Origin: Candidatus Micrarchaeota archaeon
GTDB lineage: Archaea > Micrarchaeota > Micrarchaeia > Burarchaeales > JAKAKT01
DNA length: 59,636 nt
NCBI GenBank assembly: GCA_021813385.1
Contig: JAKAKT010000100.1
Location: 1-59,636, forward strand
Direction of reading: 5' to 3'
How positions within the stretch are numbered: position 1 is the stretch's first letter; each line of letters opens with the position of its first letter. The translations under genes and the position numbers were made by a program. Under the pieces are notes generated by a model, which searched no databases, was not told where the DNA came from, and worked only from the letters and a program-made list of their open reading frames with translations. Shown in pieces: positions 46,914 to 56,563 of this stretch.

Positions 46914-48365
46914 ATGGCGAAAAAAGAGCGGGAAGGGACAGAGTGGGGGATGATTGCATCGGGCGAGGGAGCCAACAAGATAGCAATCCAGTACCTCGCG
47001 GAATTCCAGAGCAAATACATGAGCGACAGGATTCTTTTGTTGAATACTACGGCATCCGACATCCGGCCTGAGAAGGCATTTGGCGCGAGGCTGACTCCGG
47101 AGTTCCAGTCGATTCTCCAGAAGATAAAGAAGGAGAAGACCTGCATTTTCGGTTCTGCCCCATCGGGGGCAGGGAATGTCTGGAAGATAGGCGAAGAAGA
47201 GGCTGCGAAGGACTTCGAGACAATCAGGAGATATTTCGCGAACTCCCAGCTCGCCCAGGCAGACGTCATACTGGGCTTAGCAACACTTGGTGGAGGGACA
47301 GGGAACGGCAGCTTGCCTTACATCATAAGCCAGCTCAAGAACAAGATGCCGACAGCAGCCCAAAGCAACTACATCTCGCTCGGCATCTGGCCGTTGAACT
47401 CAGAGGCCTCCCAGAGGCACTTCAATGCGGTATGCGGATTCACGAGGCTCCTTAAGTATGGCGAAGGGGGAAAAAGGAACAGTGAGCTCGTGCTAATTGC
47501 TCACAACAGCCAGGTTGCGGACCTCGTGGGGTTGCAAGCACAGGGCCCTGCCCAAGACAAGTTCTACCTCATAAACCGCGAAATCATAAAGGCGATGGAC
47601 ATGATGGTGGCTCCGAGCGGGAAGGCTTCGGAAGCGACAATCGATGTGGCGGATTACTACCAGCTCCCGACGTCATTCGGAGTCTACCACTTCACCCCGT
47701 GCATCTCGTGGGACAACGACCCCGATGTCATCGGCCTCGAGGCAGGCGTGGAACTCGCCCTCAGGAGCCCGATGTGCCCCCTCGAGCCGAAGACTGCGAC
47801 GATGGCATACTTCATAGTCCGCGCCCCGGAGAAAAAGCTCAGGGACGGGACGTTCACACAGGAGGGTCTCGAGGATGCAGCAAGGAAGCTCTCCTCCAAA
47901 TTCATGGCTGGGAGCCAGGGCGGGCTTGTGCGCTACTGCAGCCTCACGTCGAAAGAAGGAGACGGGTTTGACGCCATGGTCCTCCTGGGCGGCTTCAGCC
48001 TGAAAAAATTGCTCGCAGGAAGCATAGGGAAATTCAAGTCATTCTCGGAGAACCTGAAAAGAAGCGGGGATGCACTCGAGCTCAAGGATGACGAGCACCC
48101 GAACATACGGGCGGCAATCAAGCCAGAGGAGCTTGAGATGATTGAGGGCTGGCTCCGGGACTATTCCAAGAAGACCGAGGAACTCATAAGCAAGGCAAGG
48201 AGGGGCGGCGGGCCTGACGAGGAGATGCTGGAAGGCTGGATGAGGGAAGAGGCTAAGGCAAGGCCGAAAGCCGATTCGCAAAGCCAAGCGCCCAAACCAG
48301 GCGACCAGGCGAAATCGCCAAAGGGCCCCGCACCCCAAAGAAAACCAAAAAAGAGGAACGGGTAA
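46914..48365 (+). CDS. Divergent tubulin/FtsZ-superfamily GTPase
   Basis: T1 SGEGAN, T2 LNTTASD, T3 GAGNVWKIG, T4 LGGGTGNG, T5 WP..SE, T7 TIDVAD; disordered basic tail. Confidence 0.85.
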   Translation: MAKKEREGTEWGMIASGEGANKIAIQYLAEFQSKYMSDRILLLNTTASDIRPEKAFGARLTPEFQSILQKIKKEKTCIFGSAPSGAGNVWKIGEEEAAKDFETIRRYFANSQLAQADVILGLATLGGGTGNGSLPYIISQLKNKMPTAAQSNYISLGIWPLNSEASQRHFNAVCGFTRLLKYGEGGKRNSELVLIAHNSQVADLVGLQAQGPAQDKFYLINREIIKAMDMMVAPSGKASEATIDVADYYQLPTSFGVYHFTPCISWDNDPDVIGLEAGVELALRSPMCPLEPKTATMAYFIVRAPEKKLRDGTFTQEGLEDAARKLSSKFMAGSQGGLVRYCSLTSKEGDGFDAMVLLGGFSLKKLLAGSIGKFKSFSENLKRSGDALELKDDEHPNIRAAIKPEELEMIEGWLRDYSKKTEELISKARRGGGPDEEMLEGWMREEAKARPKADSQSQAPKPGDQAKSPKGPAPQRKPKKRNG

Positions 48366-48369
48366 TCCC

Positions 48370-49224
48370 ATGCAGCTCATACTGGTTATCGTCCTCCTTT
48401 CCCTTCTCGCCCTGATAATGCTCGCAGTGCTCGCCCTCATCTTCTTCGGGATAAGGAAATCAAAGGACACGAGAGTTCAGTTCTCAGTGCTGGTTGTTTC
48501 GAGCTCAGGAGCCCCGCTCGAGGGAGTCGATGTGAAGCTCGGTGATGAGATTGCGGTGACTGATTCATACGGGAAAGCCAATTTCGCAGCCGACCCGGGG
48601 GAGAAGGAGCTCCTCATAATAACTGACGGGCATGCGGAGTTCAGGCAAAAAATCAGGGTCGGTGAGGAGAAGCTTTTCCAGGCGAGGCTCGCAAAGGACA
48701 AACCGCTCCCAGAGGCAAAGGAGCTTGAGGAAGCGATTTCGTCTGCGAGGAGGGGGAGGCAGGAGATAGGCAACGGCTACAACCCCGCAATCCCAGACTA
48801 TCTGTTCAACATCTGCCTGGCGGTCCACAAGCTCGCGATTGATGAGGCGAAGAGCGAATCTGACTCAAAGGTCCGCTCGGAATCGCTGAAAAGCGCCGCA
48901 TACACGGTTTCCCAAACGTCGAAAGGGATGATTGAGAGAAGGAACCTCTCGCTCTATGCGAAGGCGAAAGGGAGGAAGACGAGGGCAGTCGAGTTGCCGG
49001 CCCCGCGCTCTCCCGACATATTCTCTGCAAAGCAAAAGCTCGGCCAGGTCGACCTCCTAATCACGCACAGCACCGGGAAAAGCTCAATCTTCCCCCCGCT
49101 GATTCTCTGGAAAACTGCGCAGAAGCTCCTTGCGAATCCGACAGTTTTCAACATACGGCTCGCGACATTTTTGCTCGATTCAGCTGAGAAAATGATTGCC
49201 GAACTTGGGGATTATCTGGTTTAG
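48370..49224 (+). CDS. Single-TM protein with a PEGA/carboxypeptidase-regulatory-like Ig domain and a helical C-domain
   Basis: Hydrophobic N-terminus then RKSK; VVSSSGAPLEGVDV...TDSYGKANF...PG; starts 4 nt after the tubulin-like stop. Confidence 0.72.
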   Translation: MQLILVIVLLSLLALIMLAVLALIFFGIRKSKDTRVQFSVLVVSSSGAPLEGVDVKLGDEIAVTDSYGKANFAADPGEKELLIITDGHAEFRQKIRVGEEKLFQARLAKDKPLPEAKELEEAISSARRGRQEIGNGYNPAIPDYLFNICLAVHKLAIDEAKSESDSKVRSESLKSAAYTVSQTSKGMIERRNLSLYAKAKGRKTRAVELPAPRSPDIFSAKQKLGQVDLLITHSTGKSSIFPPLILWKTAQKLLANPTVFNIRLATFLLDSAEKMIAELGDYLV

Positions 49225-50846
49225 TAGCCAATCCTGACTCCTCGCTCCGCACCGACATCATATATGCTCAAGCCGAGCGCCTTTTCCCTCTCGAGAGTCT
49301 CAGCTATCTGAGCAAGGAGGCGCTTCTTAAGCGCCAAGTATTCCTCCCGCGGATATTCAACATTGCCGACAGCGTAGCGCAGGCTTTTCGCATTGAAGCA
49401 GAACATGCACTCCTGGAGGTTCTCGCAATTGTGGCAGAAGTAGCAGTCGCTGCAGGTGTTCGAGCTGTCAACCTCGAAACATCGGTTTAGCTTGCTTGAG
49501 TTATGGCACTTAATGCAGAATTTTGAATGAAAAAGCAGCTGGGAACCGAAAACATATTCGGAATTTCTCGGCCAATAGCAATAAGCCACATATCTACACA
49601 CATAGGCCAGCGAACTCCGAAAGGCATGGGAAGAGTTGTTGCCATAGTTGCTGCATTCCACAATGTCGAAATTGTTGGTGCCATGCACATCCTCGGTCGT
49701 CGTGTATTTCACGCCCTTCAGCTTTTCCCTTGCATTGGAAAAATCAAAATCCAGCAGGTCCGATTCCGAGATACTGCATTCCCCGAGTTCCAACGCCTCC
49801 TCCAACCCCACTGCGTTGTCTTTGATAGCAGCGAACGCAGGCACGGCAGCCAAGTATATGTCCTTGCCACTCACAGCGGATTTCGATGGTATGACACTAT
49901 CCACGTGCTCGCTCAGCCACTTCTCGAATGCAACGAGCGGAGCCAGTTTTTTGCCGAACAAGATTCCGCACGTATCTTTAAATGCGGAGTTTAGCTCGTC
50001 TGAAGGCCCTTTTTTGGAAACGCCGGGTTTGTTGGAAAGTGTGGGTTCGTTTTTCTTCAGCTTCGGCGCCGTTCCCGGGGCCGCGATTAGGTCCACTATT
50101 CCCGGAATCGTTTTTTTCTCCTTAAGCATCTCCCTGATTTCTCCAACGAGCTTATCCTTCAAGTCCAGGTATTTGTCTTTTGGAAGAGAAAGGTTTCCGA
50201 TGCCATAATGCCTGTTTCGCAGATTAAATGAGAACATGCAATTGGAGCACGACCTTAAGTTGGCGGTGAAATAACAGTCGGCCGAATCGAAGGTATTGAG
50301 GTTTTCCATGGAACGACTGAGCTGATAGATGTAATAACCGGCTATGACGAACCTGGACCCGACATCTTGGCTTATGCCGAAAGCGTACTCGGTATGGCGC
50401 GTTTGGTTGGAAAATGCCACGAATCTGCTTCCTTCATGGACCGTTCGTGACTTATAGACGAATGAAGAATCAATGCACTTGTCTGAAAGTTCAATCTCGC
50501 TGGAGTTTCCGAGAACCACGTCCCCGGCATAGTAAAATTTTTCCCTAAGCGCGGCCAGTATCGAATCGATGTCCTTTACCTGGTTTATGTCAAGCCTCGT
50601 GCCTTTGTCCATTTCATGGTACTCGGCATTCTCATCGTTGCTGATGTATTTTGCGTTGTCGTCCATTCCCTTGACTGGGGAGAACACCACCGGCTTTCCG
50701 GATATTGCGGATTTTTTTATGCTAAGCCCCCCAGCGTATCGGCCGAGGTATTTTTCAAAATCTTCGAGCCCCCCAATCTCATCTCCGAGCAGGGCCCTGC
50801 AGACATCCTCCCAGGCTTTTTCTAAAAGCTCGCGACTACGGTCCAT
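49221..50846 (-). CDS. Cys/Ser-rich repeat protein with two internal repeats
   Basis: DINQVKDIDSIL, CSNCMFSFNLRN..YGIGN, CSDCYFCHNCENLQECMFCFNAK...YAVGN; paralog of 28874-30472. Confidence 0.8.
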   Translation of the reverse strand: MDRSRELLEKAWEDVCRALLGDEIGGLEDFEKYLGRYAGGLSIKKSAISGKPVVFSPVKGMDDNAKYISNDENAEYHEMDKGTRLDINQVKDIDSILAALREKFYYAGDVVLGNSSEIELSDKCIDSSFVYKSRTVHEGSRFVAFSNQTRHTEYAFGISQDVGSRFVIAGYYIYQLSRSMENLNTFDSADCYFTANLRSCSNCMFSFNLRNRHYGIGNLSLPKDKYLDLKDKLVGEIREMLKEKKTIPGIVDLIAAPGTAPKLKKNEPTLSNKPGVSKKGPSDELNSAFKDTCGILFGKKLAPLVAFEKWLSEHVDSVIPSKSAVSGKDIYLAAVPAFAAIKDNAVGLEEALELGECSISESDLLDFDFSNAREKLKGVKYTTTEDVHGTNNFDIVECSNYGNNSSHAFRSSLAYVCRYVAYCYWPRNSEYVFGSQLLFHSKFCIKCHNSSKLNRCFEVDSSNTCSDCYFCHNCENLQECMFCFNAKSLRYAVGNVEYPREEYLALKKRLLAQIAETLEREKALGLSIYDVGAERGVRIGY

Positions 50847-50994
50847 GGTACATTATTCTTTTTTTAGTATTTAAGGGTTAGTTTCCCCCTAGTGGGTTAC
50901 AACAAAGAAAAAACGTCGTAAAAAACGCAACTTTCTTCTCCAAATCAGGTTACAGAAGGAAAAAGTTAAATAGCGACCCAACAAAATTCTTTCC

Positions 50995-51756
50995 ATGGAC
51001 GAGCAAATCCTCAGGAAGCTGGGCATGACAACTGGAGAGATAAGAACTTATCTCGCGATGCTCGAGCTCGGCTCAAGCACAACTGGCCCGATTGCAAATG
51101 CGGCCCAGATTTCAAGGTCGAAGGTTTATGTGGTTCTCGATAGGCTCGAGAAAAAAGGGCTTGCCTCCCACGTTGAACAGAATGGGATGAAATACTTCCA
51201 GGTCGCTGACCCAATAAGGATAAAGAGCTACATACGCGAGAGAGAAGAGGAACTGAAAGAAATAGGGAAGGAGTTCGATTCCTCTGTAGAAAACCTAAGA
51301 ACGCTCTATAAGGAAACTGGAAGAGTCAAGTCAGTTTCAGTTTACCAGGGGCTTAAGGGGCTCCAGACCGCGCACGAGCACACTTACCTTAAAGTGAAGA
51401 AAGGGGAGACCTACGATTACCTTGGCGGCCCGCGCTTCCAGCCAGAATCGCACCACCGATATTGGAAAAAAGACCACCTAAAGAGAGTTGCAGCCGGAAT
51501 AAAATGCAGGCTCTTGTTCAACAAGGGGACCCCGCGAGAAACGCTTAGGAACAGGAATTCGTTCTGGGGCTGTGATGCGAGGTATATGCCAATAGACATA
51601 TACTCTCCTGCGTATTTTTTGGTTTACAAGGATACGGTTATGATGACGGTTTCAGAAGAGAACCCAATCGTCATAGAAATAGTAAGCAAAGAAATCGCCG
51701 AGGCTTTCAGCACTTATTTCGAGGAGTTCTGGAAGAGGAGCGTTCCTTTCAAGTAG
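50995..51756 (+). CDS. TrmB-family transcriptional regulator
   Basis: LGMTTGEIRTYLAMLELG...SRSKVYVVLDRLEKKGL; VYQGLKG; C-terminal FEEFW. Confidence 0.9.
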   Translation: MDEQILRKLGMTTGEIRTYLAMLELGSSTTGPIANAAQISRSKVYVVLDRLEKKGLASHVEQNGMKYFQVADPIRIKSYIREREEELKEIGKEFDSSVENLRTLYKETGRVKSVSVYQGLKGLQTAHEHTYLKVKKGETYDYLGGPRFQPESHHRYWKKDHLKRVAAGIKCRLLFNKGTPRETLRNRNSFWGCDARYMPIDIYSPAYFLVYKDTVMMTVSEENPIVIEIVSKEIAEAFSTYFEEFWKRSVPFK

Positions 51757-53371
51757 CTTTCTTTTTCTTCTTTTCCGCTTTCGGCACAAGCTCGACCGTG
51801 CAGGTCGTCGAATCGCCCTCGCACGCCAATTCGGTCTCATAAACCTTGTAGTTCGGGTGAATGACGGTGAGCTTGTGGGCCCCAAGCTCGACCTCGAGGG
51901 AGCCCATCCCGCCCTCGCTTGTCCGTTCACTCTTCCTGCCGATAACCACTTCCGCATCCTTAATGGGCTTTCCTTCAGAAACCACTGTCACTTTGACTGT
52001 TCCAGTCCCGCCTTTTTTCGCCTGAAGCCCGACCGAGATGGCGGAGTGCTTCTCCACTTGCAAGGCTCCGATGTATGGCTCATGGTTCGGCGACAAGATT
52101 TTCATCTGGTGCCTCCCCTCCTTAAGTGCATAGAGGCTTCCAGCAGGCCTCCGTATGCCCTCAATCTCGATTTCAGCCTTTCCATCGGAGTCAGGAACAT
52201 CCACCCTGGTAAGGAACATCCTTGGTATTGACAAGGCATCCGCCTTCTCCTGCTTGTAGTGCGTCGCCTGCGAGCGGAGCTGCGCGATGCGCTCGACCTT
52301 CTCCTCCGGATAGGTGAAAAGGAGGACCGTAGAGACGATGTTCCGCTTTGTCACCGAGACCCCGAGATGGGTCTGCTTCATCGCGGAGCGCTCTGAAAGG
52401 AAAGCCCTGATGATGTCAATGGGAGCAAGCTCGCCCGAGCTCTCAAGATAATGGGGCGGGAGCCTCAGGAGGGCGAGATTCTTCTCGCATTCTTCAGGCT
52501 TTGCGCCCTCGACACTGAGCTTCAGGAACGATTCGTAAAGGAGCTTTATCACGTCGATTTTCTTCCATCCGCCGATAGGGACCAGGTAGTTGAACAGCCC
52601 CCTCGCCCTTTCGCTCGAGCGGGCAAGGCAGGCATAAGCAACTCGCCCCCGCAGGGTGGTCGCAGTTATTATGTCATTTATGTCGATTACAGGCGGGTTG
52701 CCTGCGAAGGCCGCCGGGTTTATCCGTTCAGTAGCGCTGCCGAGGGCGAGTTCGATTATTGCCCGGGCCACATAATCGTTGTATCTCCTGTAGGCATTGG
52801 CCATATTTCCCGTGTAAGCAATTCGCTGATTGTCCACGAGAATAATGGAATTTGCGATTTCTGAAAGCCTTTTCAAGCTAACGTATGCGTTGCTAGCAGC
52901 GAGGCTCCCCTCTTCGCCAGCAGGCAAAACGGCGATTGCGATGACGGGAATTCCGAGCGATTTGAAAGCAGCAGCCACCACCGGCCCGGCCCCGCTCCCT
53001 GTGCCGCCCCCGAGGCCGAAGAGCACGAAAGCGCAGGAAATCTTCTTCGCGTCGACTGTGTTCTCGAGGAAATGCCCGGCAATCGCTTCCTGGAGCTCCC
53101 CGTAATGGGCGAGCGCATCACGCTCGGCCTTGTCCCTGTTCTGGCCATACCCCCCTGCAATCAAGTCATCGAAGTTCTTCTCGCTCCCATTAACGAATCC
53201 GTTCTTTGAAAACCCCAGCCAATTCTCTCTCGAGATATTCTTCAGGTTAAGCAGGTCGCTCGTTGCCGAGTTTATCGCAAGGGGCTTTGAAGCGGCCCAT
53301 ACGTTCTTCTCCCAGAGCACAGAATCGAGGATTCCCCCCCCGCACTGCCCGACGGAGACAAACGCATACAT
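51749..53371 (-). CDS. CetZ/tubulin-like GTPase fused to C-terminal PEGA/Ig-like domains
   Basis: VGQCGG, AINSATSDL, GLGGGTGSG, VLPAGEEG, LVDNQ, VIDIND; about 160 aa of beta-rich C-terminal repeats. Confidence 0.85.
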   Translation of the reverse strand: MYAFVSVGQCGGGILDSVLWEKNVWAASKPLAINSATSDLLNLKNISRENWLGFSKNGFVNGSEKNFDDLIAGGYGQNRDKAERDALAHYGELQEAIAGHFLENTVDAKKISCAFVLFGLGGGTGSGAGPVVAAAFKSLGIPVIAIAVLPAGEEGSLAASNAYVSLKRLSEIANSIILVDNQRIAYTGNMANAYRRYNDYVARAIIELALGSATERINPAAFAGNPPVIDINDIITATTLRGRVAYACLARSSERARGLFNYLVPIGGWKKIDVIKLLYESFLKLSVEGAKPEECEKNLALLRLPPHYLESSGELAPIDIIRAFLSERSAMKQTHLGVSVTKRNIVSTVLLFTYPEEKVERIAQLRSQATHYKQEKADALSIPRMFLTRVDVPDSDGKAEIEIEGIRRPAGSLYALKEGRHQMKILSPNHEPYIGALQVEKHSAISVGLQAKKGGTGTVKVTVVSEGKPIKDAEVVIGRKSERTSEGGMGSLEVELGAHKLTVIHPNYKVYETELACEGDSTTCTVELVPKAEKKKKKAT

Positions 53372-53468
53372 ACGTAGGGATTGGACGAATGTTTTATTAA
53401 TGGTAACCCAGCTGCAGAATTCAGTTCTTGCCCTGGCCCGTTATCTTCCAAAGACCAATTTATCCGGC

Positions 53469-54389
53469 TCAAGGTTTTTCTCTATTATCCACTCTATGCC
53501 ATTCAATCATTTTCTTAAGGCCTTCCTCAAGCGAATATTTCGGTTCCCAACCGAGAATCCGCTTTGCCTTCGAGATGTCAGCGCACCAGTGTTTCGGCTC
53601 GAAAGTCCGTTTCTGCGCAACTCCCCACGTAGGCATCAGCCTCGAGTCAAAAAGCTTTCTCACAGTTTCAGCGACTTGTTCAACCGAGTGCTCTTTTCCG
53701 CTCCCAATGTTGAATGCCTCTCCTGCGAGCCCGCTGTCGGATATCTTGACAACAGCATCGACCACGTCATCGACAAACACGAAATCCCTCACGTTCTTTT
53801 TAGATGCCAGCTGCGGGGACTGCCCTGCTGCGTAGGAGTTAATGAGCGTCGGAATCAGCCTGGTCGAGGCTTCGTAATAGCCATACACAAGAAAGAACCT
53901 CGCAATGTTTATCGGAAGGTCCAGCGCAACGGCCTCGTCAATAAGAAATGAAGAAGCCGCTGCCTTTGACAACGAGTACGGGTCTGGGGGCCGAAGCTCG
54001 TTGCTCTCAGTTATGGGCTTGTCGACAAGCCCATACTCGAAGCCAGAGCCAGAGAAAACAAAGCTCCTGAAACCTGTTTTTTTCACTGCTTTTAGGAGGT
54101 TAACGGTTCCTTGAACATTGCTCTGGAATATGGTGGAAATGTCGGTCTGAGTCGGGTAAACGCCATAGCCAGCGAGATGGAAAATCTTTTCAGGCTTTAT
54201 CTTGCTGACAGCTCGCTCAACAGAGGCGTAAACCGCCAGGTCAGCGTGGTGGGGCGTGTAACGGACTCCGGTCAATCTCCAGGTGTTGGCGCTTGGCCTA
54301 TGCACAAGGTGGACATCGTTATCTTTCGAAAGATGTCTTGCTAGGCATGCCCCTATGAAACCCGTTCCCCCAGTTATCAGAATGCGCAT
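53469..54389 (-). CDS. NAD-dependent nucleotide-sugar epimerase/reductase (extended SDR)
   Basis: ITGGTGFIG, FHLAG, YSLSK, RDFVFVDD, FNIGSG. Confidence 0.93.
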   Translation of the reverse strand: MRILITGGTGFIGACLARHLSKDNDVHLVHRPSANTWRLTGVRYTPHHADLAVYASVERAVSKIKPEKIFHLAGYGVYPTQTDISTIFQSNVQGTVNLLKAVKKTGFRSFVFSGSGFEYGLVDKPITESNELRPPDPYSLSKAAASSFLIDEAVALDLPINIARFFLVYGYYEASTRLIPTLINSYAAGQSPQLASKKNVRDFVFVDDVVDAVVKISDSGLAGEAFNIGSGKEHSVEQVAETVRKLFDSRLMPTWGVAQKRTFEPKHWCADISKAKRILGWEPKYSLEEGLKKMIEWHRVDNREKP

Positions 54390-54449
54390 GTCTTCACGGG
54401 CACTACTATTCGGTTGAATCAATATAAAGGTTATGACTCTTTTATCTTC

Positions 54450-55541
54450 ATGGACAAAATCTTGTCAATATGCATTCCAACCTATAACCGGAAGGAAAAG
54501 CTCTCAAGGCTCCTAAACAACATCAAGGACGAAATTCGCGGCCTTGAAGGCGAGATTGAAGTTTGCATATCAGACAATGGTTCTGATGATGGAACTGCCG
54601 ATTATCTAAAGACGGAATGGGGCAATCCAAATTTCGAGCTGAAATTCAACTTTTCTGAGAAAAACGAGGGTTTTGATGTTAATGTGTTGCGGGCAACAAG
54701 GATGGCGAGAGGGAACTATCTATGGACGCTCGGAGATGACGATGGGGTTGTCAAGGGTTCGCTGAAAAAGCTCCTTGCATTCTTGAAATCAATAAGGGAT
54801 GACCACGTAAAAGTTGTCTATCTGAATAGGACGGCGAACGAGGGGGTTCCTGGCAGTCAGCCCCGGAATGGGCAAGCATATTCATCAAGCCGGGAATTGT
54901 TTACTGCTCCTATGAGCTTTATGGGTTTCATCGTGTTCAGGCGGGCAGCTTTGGAGGAGCTGGACCAAAATGCTCTCGAGAGAGGAAGGGGCACGAATTA
55001 TATGCACGCCTGGGCTCTCAGGTTAATCTCCCTAGCGAATCCGGGCGCCAAAGCAATCCATTTCGAATTCCCAGCTTGCCTTACAGGAACAGAGTCAGAG
55101 CAATCGTCCACATTGAGGGCCCAGCTGGTATTCTCGAGGGCTTTTTTTCACCAGTTCTGGACTCTTCTCTGGCTGAACAAGTCCTCCAGCTACTTCATCA
55201 GAAATTACCTGAGCTTCACTATGAAAAAACTATTTTTCTCGGCGTTCTCTCCCTTTTTTGAAATATTATGCGAGCGGTCCTTCAGGGGCCGAAGCAAAAA
55301 CAGGCTCGGACCAACCTTTTTCATCCAAACCTTTTCAGTATTCGGCCCAATAATCTACACATACTACCTGTTTTTGAGAATTGTTCCTGACTTCGGAGCC
55401 AGCTTCCTCTTAGGGCTCATGCTCTGGCTTCTCAAAACCGCGCGCCTTACCCGGGAAACAGATTACGCGTATTGGAAGAAGTTCTGGTCAAAGAAAAACG
55501 GGTCTGACTTCTTGCGGCAAGATTCTAGCAAGGTTCAATAA
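54450..55541 (+). CDS. GT2 glycosyltransferase (RfbV/abequosyltransferase-like)
   Basis: LSICIPTYNR, CISDNGSDD, NEGFDVN, YLWTLGDDD. Confidence 0.87.
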   Translation: MDKILSICIPTYNRKEKLSRLLNNIKDEIRGLEGEIEVCISDNGSDDGTADYLKTEWGNPNFELKFNFSEKNEGFDVNVLRATRMARGNYLWTLGDDDGVVKGSLKKLLAFLKSIRDDHVKVVYLNRTANEGVPGSQPRNGQAYSSSRELFTAPMSFMGFIVFRRAALEELDQNALERGRGTNYMHAWALRLISLANPGAKAIHFEFPACLTGTESEQSSTLRAQLVFSRAFFHQFWTLLWLNKSSSYFIRNYLSFTMKKLFFSAFSPFFEILCERSFRGRSKNRLGPTFFIQTFSVFGPIIYTYYLFLRIVPDFGASFLLGLMLWLLKTARLTRETDYAYWKKFWSKKNGSDFLRQDSSKVQ

Positions 55542-55588
55542 GCGATATACAACCAAACGTTATTTATTCTGTCTTTCAAAATACTGCC

Positions 55589-56563
55589 ATGACGAGAGAG
55601 ATAATAACCGTCCTCGGCCCGCACAGGGTTTACGGGTCAGTGAAATCAGTCCTCAATAACATTGCAGAGAGGAGGGGGATGGCCACGAAGGACATCTCTC
55701 CGGGGTCCCCTGGTGCAATTTCGTTGTATACCGGCAGGAAGACAATATGGCACACCCCAACGAATCCCAGCCGAGAAAACTTATACGTTACCAATTCACC
55801 ACTTTTTTCCCTCGAGGCATGGGAAATCCTGGCAAAGGGAGTCCCGTTGATGGTGTATGAGGAATATTTCCCAAGAGGGAGGCGTAAGGATTCCATCTCG
55901 AAAATGCTCCTCAAACCATTTAAGAACATTCCCTTCATCTGCCCAACAATGCGAACACACGAGTTCCTGCTGCAAACCGGCATAATGTCCTTCGCAATAC
56001 CTCCGGCCACAAGGAGAATAAAACAATCGAGGAGACGGGAGCACATCCTTTTCATCGGCAGGGCAGAGGAGACCAAAAACCCCATGTTTTTCTTCCGCTT
56101 GGCAAGGCTATTGAAAGACGAGCACTTCGTTTTTATCGGCCGCGGAGCCCTCTCGCAGAAACTGAGGGCAGAAGCAAAGGGCATAAGGAACCTGGAATAC
56201 CTTGATTTCGTAGAAAAGGATGAAGAACTAACGAAATATTATTCAAAGGCTAAGCTATTCGTCCACACTGCGACCAGCGACCCGATAGCATTCGTCATTG
56301 TTGAGGCCTTAAGCGCTTCAGTCCCGGTAATCACTTCCCCCGGAGTTGGGGCTTCCGATTTCCTTCCGGAGAATTGGGTGATTAAGGATTTCCTGGAGTC
56401 CAGCTGGGCAAGGAAAATCCGCGAAATTACCGAGAACCAGGATGCAAGCATCGAACTTGCGAGGCAGGCATACGAAAGCAACCACCTGGATATCGGGGAC
56501 CCGTATTTCAAGAAGATCGAGGGCGAGCTTGAACTCGCCATAAGCGAGCAATTGGGCTGCTAG
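55589..56563 (+). CDS. GT4-like glycosyltransferase
   Basis: LFIGRAEETKN, DPIAFVIVEALSASVPVI. Confidence 0.82.
   Translation: MTREIITVLGPHRVYGSVKSVLNNIAERRGMATKDISPGSPGAISLYTGRKTIWHTPTNPSRENLYVTNSPLFSLEAWEILAKGVPLMVYEEYFPRGRRKDSISKMLLKPFKNIPFICPTMRTHEFLLQTGIMSFAIPPATRRIKQSRRREHILFIGRAEETKNPMFFFRLARLLKDEHFVFIGRGALSQKLRAEAKGIRNLEYLDFVEKDEELTKYYSKAKLFVHTATSDPIAFVIVEALSASVPVITSPGVGASDFLPENWVIKDFLESSWARKIREITENQDASIELARQAYESNHLDIGDPYFKKIEGELELAISEQLGC

Noticed and set aside
50870-50960. GGTTA(C) repeats as a TrmB operator
   Set aside because: Too short and irregularly spaced to distinguish from chance.
46914-53371. Calling either GTPase ftsZ or cetZ
   Set aside because: T1, T3 and T7 loops and C-termini deviate from both families; assignment needs a phylogeny.
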